The notes under the pieces: model-generated
What the model was told of the DNA's origin: nothing
The model's database searches: none
The model's input: only the letters and a program-made list of their open reading frames with translations
Assembly (NCBI GenBank): GCA_038247415.1
Contig: JBBRUX010000010.1
Span: 33,191-97,190 of the forward strand
Direction: 5' to 3'
Source of the DNA: Chitinivibrionales bacterium
Lineage (GTDB): Bacteria > Fibrobacterota > Chitinivibrionia > Chitinivibrionales > WJKA01
DNA length: 64,000 nt
Made by a program: the position numbers and the translations under genes
Shown: piece by piece, positions 1-10,831 of the stretch
Layout: each line of letters starts with the position of its first letter
Numbering within the stretch: position 1 is the first letter of the stretch

Positions 1-320
1 TCAAATGCCCAAGCTGTAATCTCGCCTTCTCCGATTTTAAAACCAAAGGGTGGCTCGGATGTTCTCAATGCTACACAGCTTTCGAAAAACAAATCGACCA
101 AATCCTCATGAAGATGCATGGTGCTTGTATTCATGTTGGTAAATCATACGAATCACATAAAATGGGCAGCGAACCAGCCCTGAACATCGATTCATTACGT
201 CAACAACTTGAGCGCGCAATCAAAGAAGAAAATTTCGAAGATGCTGCTCGCTTGCGTGATGTGATTAAAACCATGCAATTTGCCCCGTCACAATCAGAAA
301 TAAACGACACATCTTTGTGA
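1..320 (+). CDS. mcsA: McsA / UvrB-UvrC motif protein (5' partial)
   Basis: Frame open from nt 3: KCPSCNLAFSDFKTKGWLGCSQCY (two CxxC), C-terminal UVR coil AIKEENFEDAARLRD; overlaps mcsB start. Confidence 0.9.
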   Translation, partial: KCPSCNLAFSDFKTKGWLGCSQCYTAFEKQIDQILMKMHGACIHVGKSYESHKMGSEPALNIDSLRQQLERAIKEENFEDAARLRDVIKTMQFAPSQSEINDTSL

Positions 321-1396
321 GCCAACAATTTGTGCGTATCCCAGCGGCTATTGGGTGGACTTTTTCGGGCACCCCCGATTCAGACGTTGTTTTATCGACA
401 AGGGTTCGTCTTGCTCGCAATTTTGAAACATTTCCCTTCCCAAAAGCTGCGCATCTTTATATAAAAAGTCAGGTCTTTGCGCGTATTGCAGATGTTTTTA
501 ATACACCTGATCTTTTGCCCGGATACGAAGTTTTTAATTTTAATAATCTCGATCGATTGTCTCAGGAAATTTTTGTTGAAGAACGTGCTGTAAGCCCTGA
601 CTTGGTTCGGATGGAGGGCGATCGGGGTTTGATGTGCGATAGTACCCGAACTCGCTGCATTATGGTAAATGAAGAAGATCATTTACGCATTCAGTGCATT
701 TCCAGCGGTAATTGCACCCAAGAGCTCTTTGCAATGGCGAATCAGCTCGATACTATTCTTGGTGAAAAGATTCCATTTGCTTTCGATGCGCGGAGAGGTT
801 TTTTAACGGCATGTCCAAGCAATGTAGGAACAGGGTTACGGCTCTCTTTTTTATTGCATTTGCCGGCACTCATTATAACTAAGGCAATCGATAAAGTTCT
901 CAATGCGGTACAGCAAATGTCGCTGTGTACACGAGGCTTTTGTGGTGAAAATTCAGAAATTGTCGGAAGTTTTTTCCAGATATCCAATCAACAAACACTG
1001 GGGCAGTCTGAGGCAGAGATTATCGAGAAAACCCAGGGGGCTATAGCCGAAATTATTCGTTCCGAACGAACTGCCCGTGAAACTATCCTGCACCAAGCAA
1101 AATCCGCAATAACCGACAAAATTGCACGCGCAGAAGGTATTTTACGGTTTGCACATACTCTTTCGATGCGTGAGTATCTCAATCTTAATTCGGCCTTGCG
1201 TATGGGAGTGAATTACAATATAGTTACCACACGAACCGTAGAAGAAATGAATATCGAACTGTTGCATGCAATGCCAGGGCATATTCAAAAAAATGTTGGT
1301 AAATCTCTTACAGAAGATGAAATAAACCGTGAACGGGCACTTTTAATACAATCGTTATTTCATGATCACGATCAAAAAATAGGAAAAACTTTATGA
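317..1396 (+). CDS. mcsB: Protein-arginine kinase McsB (ATP:guanido phosphotransferase family)
   Basis: STRVRLARN, NEEDHLRIQ, GFLTACPSNVGTGLR, FQISNQQTLG motifs; lies between mcsA and clpC. Confidence 0.93.
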   Translation: MSQQFVRIPAAIGWTFSGTPDSDVVLSTRVRLARNFETFPFPKAAHLYIKSQVFARIADVFNTPDLLPGYEVFNFNNLDRLSQEIFVEERAVSPDLVRMEGDRGLMCDSTRTRCIMVNEEDHLRIQCISSGNCTQELFAMANQLDTILGEKIPFAFDARRGFLTACPSNVGTGLRLSFLLHLPALIITKAIDKVLNAVQQMSLCTRGFCGENSEIVGSFFQISNQQTLGQSEAEIIEKTQGAIAEIIRSERTARETILHQAKSAITDKIARAEGILRFAHTLSMREYLNLNSALRMGVNYNIVTTRTVEEMNIELLHAMPGHIQKNVGKSLTEDEINRERALLIQSLFHDHDQKIGKTL

Positions 1397-3837
1397 ACGG
1401 AATGTTTACAGATCGAGTTAAAAAAGTAATGCAAATCGCGCGCGAAGAGTCGGTTCGATTAGGAAACGACTATGTAGGTACCGAGCATCTCCTGTTAGGA
1501 CTTATTAAAGAAGGTGATGGCGTTGCTGTTGCTGTATTGCGAAGTCTTGGAGTCGATCTCGATGAACTTGCCTCCACCATAGAAAAAACGATCACCTCTA
1601 CGGGTGGGATGATGACCATCGGCCAGATGCTGCCCTTTACGCCTCGCGCAAAGAAAGTTTTAGAAATTGCGGCCACCGAAGCTCGCACTATGTCGCATAA
1701 GTATATTGGTACCGAGCATTTGTTGCTTGCTCTTATGAAAGATACAGAATCTGCTGCTGCAAATGCACTGGGTGCCGCCGGGCTCGAATTCGATAAAGTA
1801 AAGGAAGAGATCAACCGCGTTCTTCGCGGTGGTGAGACATCGGTACCAGGTGCTGCAAAAGAAAAGAGCAAAACTCCTTTTCTCGATCATTTTGGTCGCG
1901 ATCTCACTGCAATGGCGATCGAAGGAAAACTTGATCCGGTTATTGGGCGCGAAAAAGAAATTGAGCGCGTTATTCAAATCCTTTCGCGTCGTAAGAAGAA
2001 TAACCCCGTTCTTATTGGTGAACCCGGAATTGGCAAAACGGCAATCGTTGAAGGACTGGCTCAAAAAATAATCGAAAAAGATATTCCTCAGGTTCTCGAA
2101 AATAAACGTGTTGTCAATTTGGATATGGCCAGTATGGTTGCCGGCACAAAATACCGTGGCCAGTTTGAAGAACGTATCAAATCGCTTATGACGGAATTGC
2201 AAAAAAATGACAATGTCGTAATTTTTATCGATGAATTGCATACGCTGGTTGGTGCTGGTGGCAGCGAAGGAAGTCTGGATGCCAGCAATATTTTTAAGCC
2301 AGCTCTTTCTCGGGGAGAAATCCAATGTATTGGAGCAACCACCGTCGATGAGTATCGTAAGTACATCGAAAAAGATGGCGCACTTGCACGACGTTTTCAA
2401 ACTATCATGGTGGATCCTCCATCTGTCAACGAAACAATTCAAATTTTAGGTGGATTGCGCCATCGATACGAAGATCATCATAAAGTAACCTACACCACAA
2501 AAGCTATCGAATATGCAGTGAAAATGTCTGAGCGCTACATTTCAGATAGATTTTTACCTGATAAAGCTATTGACATTATTGATGAAGCCGGTGCTCGCAA
2601 GCGTTTGTCAAGTATGGAGATCCCTCCAGAAGTGCGAGAAATGGAAAAAGAAATTGCCGATGTAGTGCGCGAGAAAGAAAAAGCTGTCGAGCATCAGGAA
2701 TTTGAACGTGCTGCAAAATTGCGGGATCAGCAAGAAAAACTTAAAAAAGCTCTGTTAGAGAAAAAAGCAGTATGGCGCAAACAAAAAACCGAAGAGCGCC
2801 TCATTGTTGACGAAACGACAATTGTTTCTGTTGTTGCAACCATGACAGGTATTCCTCTTTCTCGCCTCGAAGAAGAAGAATCTAAAAAACTTTTGCATCT
2901 CGAAGACGAATTGCGCAAGCGTGTTATTGGCCAAGACGAAGCGCTTGGTGCCATTGCGCGCTCAATCCGACGTTCGCGTGCAGGATTGCATAATATTCGC
3001 AAGCCTATTGCTTCGTTTATTTTCCTCGGGCCTACAGGTGTTGGAAAAACCGAACTGGCAAAAACAATTGCAGCAAATTTATTCGATTCGGAAGATGCCC
3101 TTATTCGTGTTGACATGTCCGAATACATGGAGAAATTTGCAGTTTCTCGGCTTGTTGGTGCGCCTCCGGGATATGTTGGATACGAAGAGGGTGGTCAATT
3201 AACAGAAAAAATACGCAAGAAGCCCTACGCCGTTATCCTTCTTGACGAAATTGAAAAGGCACATCCCGATGTCTTCAATATTCTCTTGCAAATTCTCGAT
3301 GATGGTATCATAACCGATTCTTATGGTCGTCGTGTCAATTTTAAGAATACCATCATTATCATGACAAGCAATGCTGGTACACGAGATGTTAAAAAACAGG
3401 GAACCGTTGGGTTTGGAAAAGAATCTGAAAATTCAGATTACGATTCAATGAAATCAAAGGTTCTCGAAGAACTCAAGAGAATTTTTAATCCAGAATTTCT
3501 AAATCGCGTCGATGAAACGATTGTTTTCCGTCCTCTTACCAAAAAGGAAATTAGCCGCATTATCGATATTCAGCTTAAGGATGTTTCCGATCGGCTTGTC
3601 GATCGCAATATCACGCTCGATATTACAAAAGCGGCAAAAAAGCTTATCGTCGACCAGGGATTCGATCCGATGTTGGGTGCACGCCCTCTCAAAAGGGCAA
3701 TTCAACGTCTTATAGAAGACCAATTGGCCGAGGAGTTTCTTAATGAAAAATTTGGTGATGGCGATACGGTAAAAATAGATGTACGCTCAGAAAAATTAGT
3801 TTTCACAAAAGCCCCGAGTGCTGATGAAACCACGTAA
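1393..3837 (+). CDS. clpC: ATP-dependent Clp protease ATPase subunit ClpC
   Basis: Two Clp-N repeats (GTEHLLL), Walker A GEPGIGKT and GPTGVGKT, UVR middle domain, VGF ClpP-binding loop, GARPLKR. Confidence 0.96.
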   Translation: MNGMFTDRVKKVMQIAREESVRLGNDYVGTEHLLLGLIKEGDGVAVAVLRSLGVDLDELASTIEKTITSTGGMMTIGQMLPFTPRAKKVLEIAATEARTMSHKYIGTEHLLLALMKDTESAAANALGAAGLEFDKVKEEINRVLRGGETSVPGAAKEKSKTPFLDHFGRDLTAMAIEGKLDPVIGREKEIERVIQILSRRKKNNPVLIGEPGIGKTAIVEGLAQKIIEKDIPQVLENKRVVNLDMASMVAGTKYRGQFEERIKSLMTELQKNDNVVIFIDELHTLVGAGGSEGSLDASNIFKPALSRGEIQCIGATTVDEYRKYIEKDGALARRFQTIMVDPPSVNETIQILGGLRHRYEDHHKVTYTTKAIEYAVKMSERYISDRFLPDKAIDIIDEAGARKRLSSMEIPPEVREMEKEIADVVREKEKAVEHQEFERAAKLRDQQEKLKKALLEKKAVWRKQKTEERLIVDETTIVSVVATMTGIPLSRLEEEESKKLLHLEDELRKRVIGQDEALGAIARSIRRSRAGLHNIRKPIASFIFLGPTGVGKTELAKTIAANLFDSEDALIRVDMSEYMEKFAVSRLVGAPPGYVGYEEGGQLTEKIRKKPYAVILLDEIEKAHPDVFNILLQILDDGIITDSYGRRVNFKNTIIIMTSNAGTRDVKKQGTVGFGKESENSDYDSMKSKVLEELKRIFNPEFLNRVDETIVFRPLTKKEISRIIDIQLKDVSDRLVDRNITLDITKAAKKLIVDQGFDPMLGARPLKRAIQRLIEDQLAEEFLNEKFGDGDTVKIDVRSEKLVFTKAPSADETT

Positions 3838-6800
3838 GTGGGTTGTTGTTGTTGCTTGCATCATAGGAATTCTTGGTGGTGCGCTGTATCAGGGTGTCCG
3901 CTACGTAGAAAAAAAACGTGGACTGGAAGATTTTCTAGTGCAGCGCGTCCGTTTGGCAATGGGGGGATCCTGTTCAATTGAAAAAGTTTCTCTGGGTCTT
4001 CTTACAGTTCATTTACGTCAGGTAACCGCCGATTACCCCGATTATGGCTTTCATGTTTCCATAAAAAATATCAATGTTTCGATCTCTCTTTTTGAGCTTA
4101 TGAGAACTCGTGGTGATGTTGCCAAGAGCATTTCAAGAATTCTTGTCAATCAACCCGTTATTGTGTTTAACCCTTTTGTAATGCACCCCGATACGCTCGC
4201 GAAATCAGCAGATGAATTTCCTTTAGATGAACTCGTTATCCAGAATGGCCGTTTTATTCTGCTCGATAACAAGAATGATAGCATGTATCTTGGCGATAAA
4301 CTAGATGGCCTTTTAGTAAAAGAAAACAATGCTCTTTCTGTAAAACTTAAAGGGTGTTTGGCATCTACCAAGAAAAATCTTTCATGCACAGGCATTTTAA
4401 GTCCCACGGGTGTTCCAGAACGAATTTCGCTTCGGCTTAACAAAGCACGTATGAATAAACCATTTACGGTAAAAGGGGCATCGTTTACTGGTGGTGAAAT
4501 TGATGGGACGCTCGAACTTTCTTTTAAAGCTCCGTTTACGATTAAAGCTTTAGATCTTCGAGGCACTGTTACGCTCTCCAAGGCATCTGTTACCATTCCA
4601 GCATTACCAGATCCTTTTGAATCGCTTATGCTGGGAGTATCACTTAATGGAACCACGCTGCACATCGATTCGTGCGGAGGTGCCTACAAAGATGCCACGT
4701 TTCGCCTGGGCGGCACTTGGGATCTTACCGATACCGATAGCTCATCATTTTGGGTGTCTCTATATAATGTTAATCCCGCACAGTATCTTGCTCCTATCAA
4801 TAAGCAATTTTCTTCTTTGGTAAGTGGCACTGCCTGGGTAACGGGAACAGGATATAAACGAGCTCAATCAAACAGTATAGAATACAATGCAACGATAGGT
4901 GGAATTTCGCTTTTGGGAGAACCTGTTTTGCGGGGGCATGTACGTGGTCGTGTGTTACCCGATAAAACAGTGCTCGATTCTGCGCGCATTCAAACGGTGA
5001 GAAGTTCACTTCTGGTATCGGGAAATATTTCTTATGCACCAAAATCTCTTATGTATGCAAGTTATGTAAATTTACAAAGCGACACAATTCCTTTTCTGAC
5101 AGCCGTTCATGGCACCGTTTCTGCAAGCGCGTCTATAAGTGGCGACGAAAAATCCTGTACCTATCAGGGTACTGTCAAAATATCCAAAGGAATGGCGTAT
5201 CAGATTCCCTTGCAAGATCTAGAATTGACGGTAATGGGGACTAATTCGATGCTCAATTTTGGAACGATCTCTAATCAATCTGCACCACTCTCATTCTCAG
5301 GAAATATCGAAAATCTTGCAACAATCTCCCCACAGGTGCATGCCAGTGGGCGCTTAGGCCCCCCTATAATCTCAAAAATTAATGCTGCAATCCCGCAAGA
5401 GTTCAAAAAATGTATTGGAGTACGGGAGGGTAGTTTTGCCCTCGAGGCGCAAGGGTCCAAGTGCAAGGGCTCACTCTCATGTACGTTAACAGATGCTCTT
5501 ATCGGTGGAAAAGCAACTATAAAATTTACAGCAGATTCATCGGGTTTTTCTTGGAATACTGCTGGTAATTCGATAGTTCTATCGGGTAACCCACTTGATT
5601 TTCAAGGGGTTGGAGTATTGAGAAACGATTCGATGCGGGTTGATTCTCTTAAACTAGGATCTTTATTGCGAGCGCATGGAATTGTGGGGACGGGGGCCCG
5701 TCCCTGGATCGATTGTAATGTGTGGTTCGATACACTTGGAATAGCCGAACTGCTTCCTCTTTTTTCAGATCCTCTTCCGTTTCCGGTGGGGGGGTATATT
5801 TCTGGACAAACCCGTATTTCAGGAACCTTAGAAGAACCCGTTACGCATTCGATGCTCCGTCTTGTAAATGGAAGCGTTTCCGAATTAACCGGTTTTTCTG
5901 CCGATGCCATTGTGCAAACGATGGGCTCTTCACATTTTAAAATCTTGCCAGTGATAGTGCGCAGAAAAGGAGTGGTTGTTTTTAGTACCGATACCATTTC
6001 TGAGGTGGGGATGTCGGGTAAATTTTCCGATCTCGATTTAGAAACCTATGCACACGCTTTCCTGGATCCAGAAATTGCTCTGTCGGGTATGGTACGAGGC
6101 TCTTTTACCCAATCCAACAGCGGTCCAATTCATATTGAACTCTCTTCGTATAAAGTTATCATGGGCGATGCCATCCTCACGAATCTTTCACTCAAAGCGC
6201 AATGTGCGTCAACGGGATTAGAAAATATTTATGGTACCTTCTCAGATTCAACGCGAACGCATGCTACCATTGTAGGGAATGTTCCTTATGCGTTTCTTGC
6301 TGGATCTGCAACCGAGACCGATACACTTCATGTAGCGCTTGATGCACAAGGGGATTTTCTGGCTACTATTGGGCGTCAATTTATTTCGCCCTTGGGAGGG
6401 AGTGGCGATGGAACTCTACACATTGAAGTTGTAGCAACGGGAGAAAAAATACGCTTTGTCAATGGCAGGATCGATGTTCCCAAAGGAAAGCTTATGGTTG
6501 AGCCGTATATTCCGGGAGGAATCGAAAATTTCTCCGCACACGCCACGATCGACGAATCCGGTAAGGTTGCAACAATTCTTGGCGGCCTCATTCATAAAAA
6601 GCCAGCCACAATTACCTCTGTTCATTTCTTACCAAAAGGGTATGATCCTCTTAAAATTGGGCCACTGGATTTTGGTGCTTTGGCAATCTCCACACCAAAA
6701 GGGGGTATACATATACATTTGCCTGGTTTTCATGAGATTGGTGATGTTGCGGATGTAGAATTTGCAGGGAGAAGCCCTTTTCCAGCATTTACTGTTTCTG

Positions 6801-7933
6801 GTCCTCTCGATCGCATAAAACTTACGGGAACGTGGCTTCTCCGTTCCACATCGTTTACTTACCCCTTTTTGGTCGAAGAAAAAATTCCTATAACCATCGA
6901 TCCATTTCCCTTTGTGACATGGGAAATGGATGTTCGGGTTAGTAATCCTAAAGTTTCTTATTTTTGGGATATTCGGGGAAATAAGCGAACCCTTATTCGT
7001 TTTGTAGAGGGAACCCTCGATCAAACATCGTATGTAACTGTTCTTGGCCGCGATAAAGATAAAACCTTTCGTCTCCTTGGTGGTATCAAATCATCACGCG
7101 GATCTGTCTTCTTTGGAAAGGTCTTCGATCGGAATTTTAATGTCTCTGTGGATTTTGCTCCCCTTAAACTTTCGGGTGCGGGCGGCTATGATAATTTCCC
7201 TGTTATCTCGGGAAGCGCAGAAGCTTTTTCAGATACCAGTCGATTTAATCGAGTGCAGCTTACCTTACAGGTTACCAATCCGCAAACCGGAGGTATAAGT
7301 GAAAAGGGGAGAATAGCCTTGGTTCCATCTATTACGGGGACGTCGGGCAAATGGAGGCCTGCCAAGGGCTTCGACAGTATTCCCAATTTCATTTTTCATT
7401 TATCATCAGATATCGACGAACTCAAAGATGACTCTCAACGTCGATTCTTTATGGATGCAGGAGTACGATTTTCTTCAATTCAGGGTGTTGGCAGCGCGGT
7501 CACAGATTTTGGAGGACAATTTTTGCGCCGGTATTTGTTGCAACGATTTCAGCATAATCTTGCTCGCAGTCTTGGATTAGATGTGGTAAGCTTTGAATCA
7601 TCAATTGCTTCTAATTATTTTACCTACTTAAATAATCGTAATTCCAAAGAGTATTCTAACCAGTGGTATCTGCTCACTAACATGGGCGTTACGGTTGGTC
7701 GGTATTTTTTTCACGATTATTTGTTTTTAAAGGCTCAGGGGCAATTCATCTCAGTAGATACTATTGTAAAACCAGAGTACAGTGTGGGTCTTGAGTTTAT
7801 GCCCGTTCAGAATCTTATGTTCAACGTAAGTAATGGTTTTTATGCCAATGCAAATGGTTTTACCTATAATCCTCGAGTCCAGTTTCAGTTACAAGTGCCC
7901 ATTGCGCCAATGAGAAAATTGCTCGATTTTTGA
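3818..7933 (+). CDS. TamB/AsmA-like translocation and assembly module protein
   Basis: 1371 aa, N-terminal membrane anchor, beta-rich body, C-terminal LGLDVV...VTVGRYF...LFL pattern typical of TamB; immediately upstream of bamA. Confidence 0.7.
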   Translation: MLMKPRKWVVVVACIIGILGGALYQGVRYVEKKRGLEDFLVQRVRLAMGGSCSIEKVSLGLLTVHLRQVTADYPDYGFHVSIKNINVSISLFELMRTRGDVAKSISRILVNQPVIVFNPFVMHPDTLAKSADEFPLDELVIQNGRFILLDNKNDSMYLGDKLDGLLVKENNALSVKLKGCLASTKKNLSCTGILSPTGVPERISLRLNKARMNKPFTVKGASFTGGEIDGTLELSFKAPFTIKALDLRGTVTLSKASVTIPALPDPFESLMLGVSLNGTTLHIDSCGGAYKDATFRLGGTWDLTDTDSSSFWVSLYNVNPAQYLAPINKQFSSLVSGTAWVTGTGYKRAQSNSIEYNATIGGISLLGEPVLRGHVRGRVLPDKTVLDSARIQTVRSSLLVSGNISYAPKSLMYASYVNLQSDTIPFLTAVHGTVSASASISGDEKSCTYQGTVKISKGMAYQIPLQDLELTVMGTNSMLNFGTISNQSAPLSFSGNIENLATISPQVHASGRLGPPIISKINAAIPQEFKKCIGVREGSFALEAQGSKCKGSLSCTLTDALIGGKATIKFTADSSGFSWNTAGNSIVLSGNPLDFQGVGVLRNDSMRVDSLKLGSLLRAHGIVGTGARPWIDCNVWFDTLGIAELLPLFSDPLPFPVGGYISGQTRISGTLEEPVTHSMLRLVNGSVSELTGFSADAIVQTMGSSHFKILPVIVRRKGVVVFSTDTISEVGMSGKFSDLDLETYAHAFLDPEIALSGMVRGSFTQSNSGPIHIELSSYKVIMGDAILTNLSLKAQCASTGLENIYGTFSDSTRTHATIVGNVPYAFLAGSATETDTLHVALDAQGDFLATIGRQFISPLGGSGDGTLHIEVVATGEKIRFVNGRIDVPKGKLMVEPYIPGGIENFSAHATIDESGKVATILGGLIHKKPATITSVHFLPKGYDPLKIGPLDFGALAISTPKGGIHIHLPGFHEIGDVADVEFAGRSPFPAFTVSGPLDRIKLTGTWLLRSTSFTYPFLVEEKIPITIDPFPFVTWEMDVRVSNPKVSYFWDIRGNKRTLIRFVEGTLDQTSYVTVLGRDKDKTFRLLGGIKSSRGSVFFGKVFDRNFNVSVDFAPLKLSGAGGYDNFPVISGSAEAFSDTSRFNRVQLTLQVTNPQTGGISEKGRIALVPSITGTSGKWRPAKGFDSIPNFIFHLSSDIDELKDDSQRRFFMDAGVRFSSIQGVGSAVTDFGGQFLRRYLLQRFQHNLARSLGLDVVSFESSIASNYFTYLNNRNSKEYSNQWYLLTNMGVTVGRYFFHDYLFLKAQGQFISVDTIVKPEYSVGLEFMPVQNLMFNVSNGFYANANGFTYNPRVQFQLQVPIAPMRKLLDF

Positions 7934-10272
7934 ACAGAAAGCATCTATTTATGAAGGTTTTTATCGGTCGTCTTGTTCCTCTTTGTATAATGTTACTCGC
8001 TTCTTTATCTTCTGCAAAAGTTCTCGATACGCTTATTATCGAAGGTGTCTCTTCTTCGGTGCAGGGCTCTATTGTACGCAGTCAATGTGGTTTACATACC
8101 AAGAGCGATATCTCTGGCCCAGCCCTCACAGACGCAGTAAAGCGACTGTATTATTTGGGCCTTTTTAAAAGTGTCGACTTTGCAATTGCATCAGAAACCG
8201 ACACCTCTGTATCGCTGGTTCTTAAAGTTCTCGAATTTCCTATGGTAGAAACGGTCGAATATGTAGGTAATAAAAAACTTAAAATCGAAGATTTCGAAAA
8301 AACCGTAACCCTTAAAAAAAATCAGGTTCTTTCCGATGCTTCACAGTTTAATGCTATTACTGCAATTAAAAAGCTGTATGCAGAAAAAGGCTATCTTAAT
8401 GCAGCTGTCACTATCGACACCGTTTCTGCAAAAGCTCTTGGCAATGTTTTGGTTAAAATAAAAATAAAAGAAAATGCAAAGGTAGAAGTAAAAACCATTG
8501 CGTTTAAAGGTAATGTTGCTATAAAAACATCAAAGCTCAAATGGACCTTTAAAACAAAAGAGAAAAAGATTTTGTGGGGTGGGGATTTTGATGCCGAAAA
8601 ATACAAACTTCATCTCGATTCGCTGATTATGTTTTATAACGATTTGGGTTATCTCGATGCCGAAATCGAGAAAGATAGCGTAAACTATTCAGACAATAAA
8701 AAAGATCTCAACCTGGTGATCTATATCCACGAAGGCAATAAATTTATCAGGGGCAACGTGTACTTTACCGGTAATAAAGTTATAGAAACTCCCGATCTCG
8801 ATTCAGTAATAGCCTTTCGTAAAGGCAAACCGTTTAGTAAAACTGAATTTGAAATGACCAAAGAAGCAGTGGTTTCGCGTTATCGCGAGGATGGCTTTTT
8901 GTGGGTTCAGGTCAAAGATCAGAGGCAATACCGCGGGGACACCATCGATGTTACCTTCGACATTGTTGAAGGTGTACCTGCAATTATCCGCAAAATAGAC
9001 ATTACAGGAAATACAAAAACCCGCGAAAAGGTCGTGCGTCGCGAACTCGTTTTGTATCCCGGACAAAAGTACAAGCATTCTCAAATGATGCGCAGCGTGC
9101 GCGATGCCATGCAGCTCAATTTTTTTACAACCGTTGTGCCAGATATGCGCCCTAATGATGATGGCACCGTCGACTTTATATTTAACATTCAGGAAAAAGA
9201 TAATATTGGGCAATTGCAGCTTGGCGCAGCGTATAGTGTAGTCGATAAATTTACGGCAAATTTCTCTACGTCAATTCCTAATTTTAGGGGTGCAGGGCAG
9301 CAGCTTAATTTGTCGGTCGATTATGGAATGCGTCGTCAGGCAGTTTCATTAGGGTTTATGGAACCATGGGCCTTTGAAACGCCTACTTCACTAAGCGGGA
9401 CAGTTTTCTTTGATCGTGGCGTCGATTATACAAATGCTGATATAAGCGTCATTAGCGGCGGTTTTAGAGGTGGCGTGGGGCGAAGACTTACCTGGCCCGA
9501 TGATTATTTTACGGCAAGTGCAGGATATGAGTTAAGTTGGCAAGACCAACTAACGAGTAATTCCGCCACAAATTTGCTTGATTACGAATATAAAAACGGA
9601 AATTTGGAAGTGTTGCGCAGAGGTCTCTACAGTAAACTTTCGCTTGGTCTGCGGCGATCAGATACCGATTTGCCAATGTTTCCGACCAGTGGTTCTGTTC
9701 TGAGTATAAACACCGATATTGCCGGGCTTGGTGGTGATTATAGCTTTGCAAAAGGAATACTGAGCACAGAGAACTATTATCCTATTTTTTGGAAAGTGGT
9801 GCTTATTGCGCAAACAAAATTTGGGCTCATTTCTTCTCTTGGCGCGGGTCCTATAAAAATACCACGTGGGGAGCTGTTTAAAGCTGGTGGCGTGTATGGT
9901 GTTGATGGTATTATTCGTGGATATCCTGAGTATTCTTTTGGTGGTTATTCTAACACGTTCTATTCTCAAGGAACCAATCGGGCTCTCACAATGTTAACAT
10001 TATCGGGTGGGCTCCAAATCCCTATTTTGGATCAACAATTATATCTCATGCTTTTTGGGGATATGGGCAACATATGGGCGAGAATAGCTGATGTAAATTT
10101 AAAGGATACGTATCACGGTGTAGGTGCAGGATTTCGACTTCAAATCCCAATGCTCGGTTTGCTTGGGTTTGATTTTGGATGGGGGCTCGACCAACTCGAT
10201 AAGGATTCTTATTTTGGCAATAAGCCGCAATCTCATCTTGTACCGCATTTTATTATGAATAAAGGTTTTTAA
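7930..10272 (+). CDS. bamA: Outer membrane protein assembly factor BamA (start may be ATG 7951)
   Basis: POTRA repeats (GNKKLK, GNTKTREKVVRREL), IRGY barrel motif, GVGAGFR, C-terminal Phe. Confidence 0.93.
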   Translation: MNRKHLFMKVFIGRLVPLCIMLLASLSSAKVLDTLIIEGVSSSVQGSIVRSQCGLHTKSDISGPALTDAVKRLYYLGLFKSVDFAIASETDTSVSLVLKVLEFPMVETVEYVGNKKLKIEDFEKTVTLKKNQVLSDASQFNAITAIKKLYAEKGYLNAAVTIDTVSAKALGNVLVKIKIKENAKVEVKTIAFKGNVAIKTSKLKWTFKTKEKKILWGGDFDAEKYKLHLDSLIMFYNDLGYLDAEIEKDSVNYSDNKKDLNLVIYIHEGNKFIRGNVYFTGNKVIETPDLDSVIAFRKGKPFSKTEFEMTKEAVVSRYREDGFLWVQVKDQRQYRGDTIDVTFDIVEGVPAIIRKIDITGNTKTREKVVRRELVLYPGQKYKHSQMMRSVRDAMQLNFFTTVVPDMRPNDDGTVDFIFNIQEKDNIGQLQLGAAYSVVDKFTANFSTSIPNFRGAGQQLNLSVDYGMRRQAVSLGFMEPWAFETPTSLSGTVFFDRGVDYTNADISVISGGFRGGVGRRLTWPDDYFTASAGYELSWQDQLTSNSATNLLDYEYKNGNLEVLRRGLYSKLSLGLRRSDTDLPMFPTSGSVLSINTDIAGLGGDYSFAKGILSTENYYPIFWKVVLIAQTKFGLISSLGAGPIKIPRGELFKAGGVYGVDGIIRGYPEYSFGGYSNTFYSQGTNRALTMLTLSGGLQIPILDQQLYLMLFGDMGNIWARIADVNLKDTYHGVGAGFRLQIPMLGLLGFDFGWGLDQLDKDSYFGNKPQSHLVPHFIMNKGF

Positions 10273-10306
10273 TTTTTCTACCTGTTTTACGAAAGAGAGG
10301 CGATGC

Positions 10307-10828
10307 ATGAATCGTTTTGCTATCAGTGCCCTTTTTGCAATTCTTGCTGGGGCCGCAACCATGGTTTCTGGTGAACTCAAGCTTGGCTATATCAATTCAC
10401 AATCAATTTTCAAAGATTATCAGGGAACCAAAGAAGCCCAAGATAAGTTCGACAAGGAAGTTGCGAAGTGGGAACAAGATGCAAGCACCATGAAAAAAGA
10501 ACTGGAAGATATGAAGGCGCAGCTTGATAAGCAGAGTTTGTTGCTTTCATCGGAAAAGAAGAAGGAACTTGAAGAACAGCTTAAGCAAAAGTATGTAACC
10601 TATCAGACTTTCTTGCAAGAAAAGCTTGGTCAGAACGGCGAAGTTCTCAAAAAAAATGTTGAACTAACAAAGCCAATTATCGATAAAATTAATAAGATTA
10701 TTCAAAAGATTGCCGCCGACGAGAAATACGATTTTATCTTTGATGAGGCAAACGGTGGCGTTATTTACGCTAAAAAAACATTTGATCTTACCGAACGTGT
10801 TCTTAAAATTCTCAATACAGAACAATAA
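10307..10828 (+). CDS. skp: Periplasmic chaperone Skp/OmpH
   Basis: Signal peptide, KLGYINSQSIF, coiled coil, YDFIFD...DLTERVL; follows bamA. Confidence 0.92.
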   Translation: MNRFAISALFAILAGAATMVSGELKLGYINSQSIFKDYQGTKEAQDKFDKEVAKWEQDASTMKKELEDMKAQLDKQSLLLSSEKKKELEEQLKQKYVTYQTFLQEKLGQNGEVLKKNVELTKPIIDKINKIIQKIAADEKYDFIFDEANGGVIYAKKTFDLTERVLKILNTEQ

Positions 10829-10831
10829 TTC

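Noticed and set aside
2254..2261. GCTGGTGG (E. coli Chi) occurrences, here and near 9883
   Set aside because: Chi is lineage-specific and these fall in Ala-Gly-Gly codons; no evidence of enrichment
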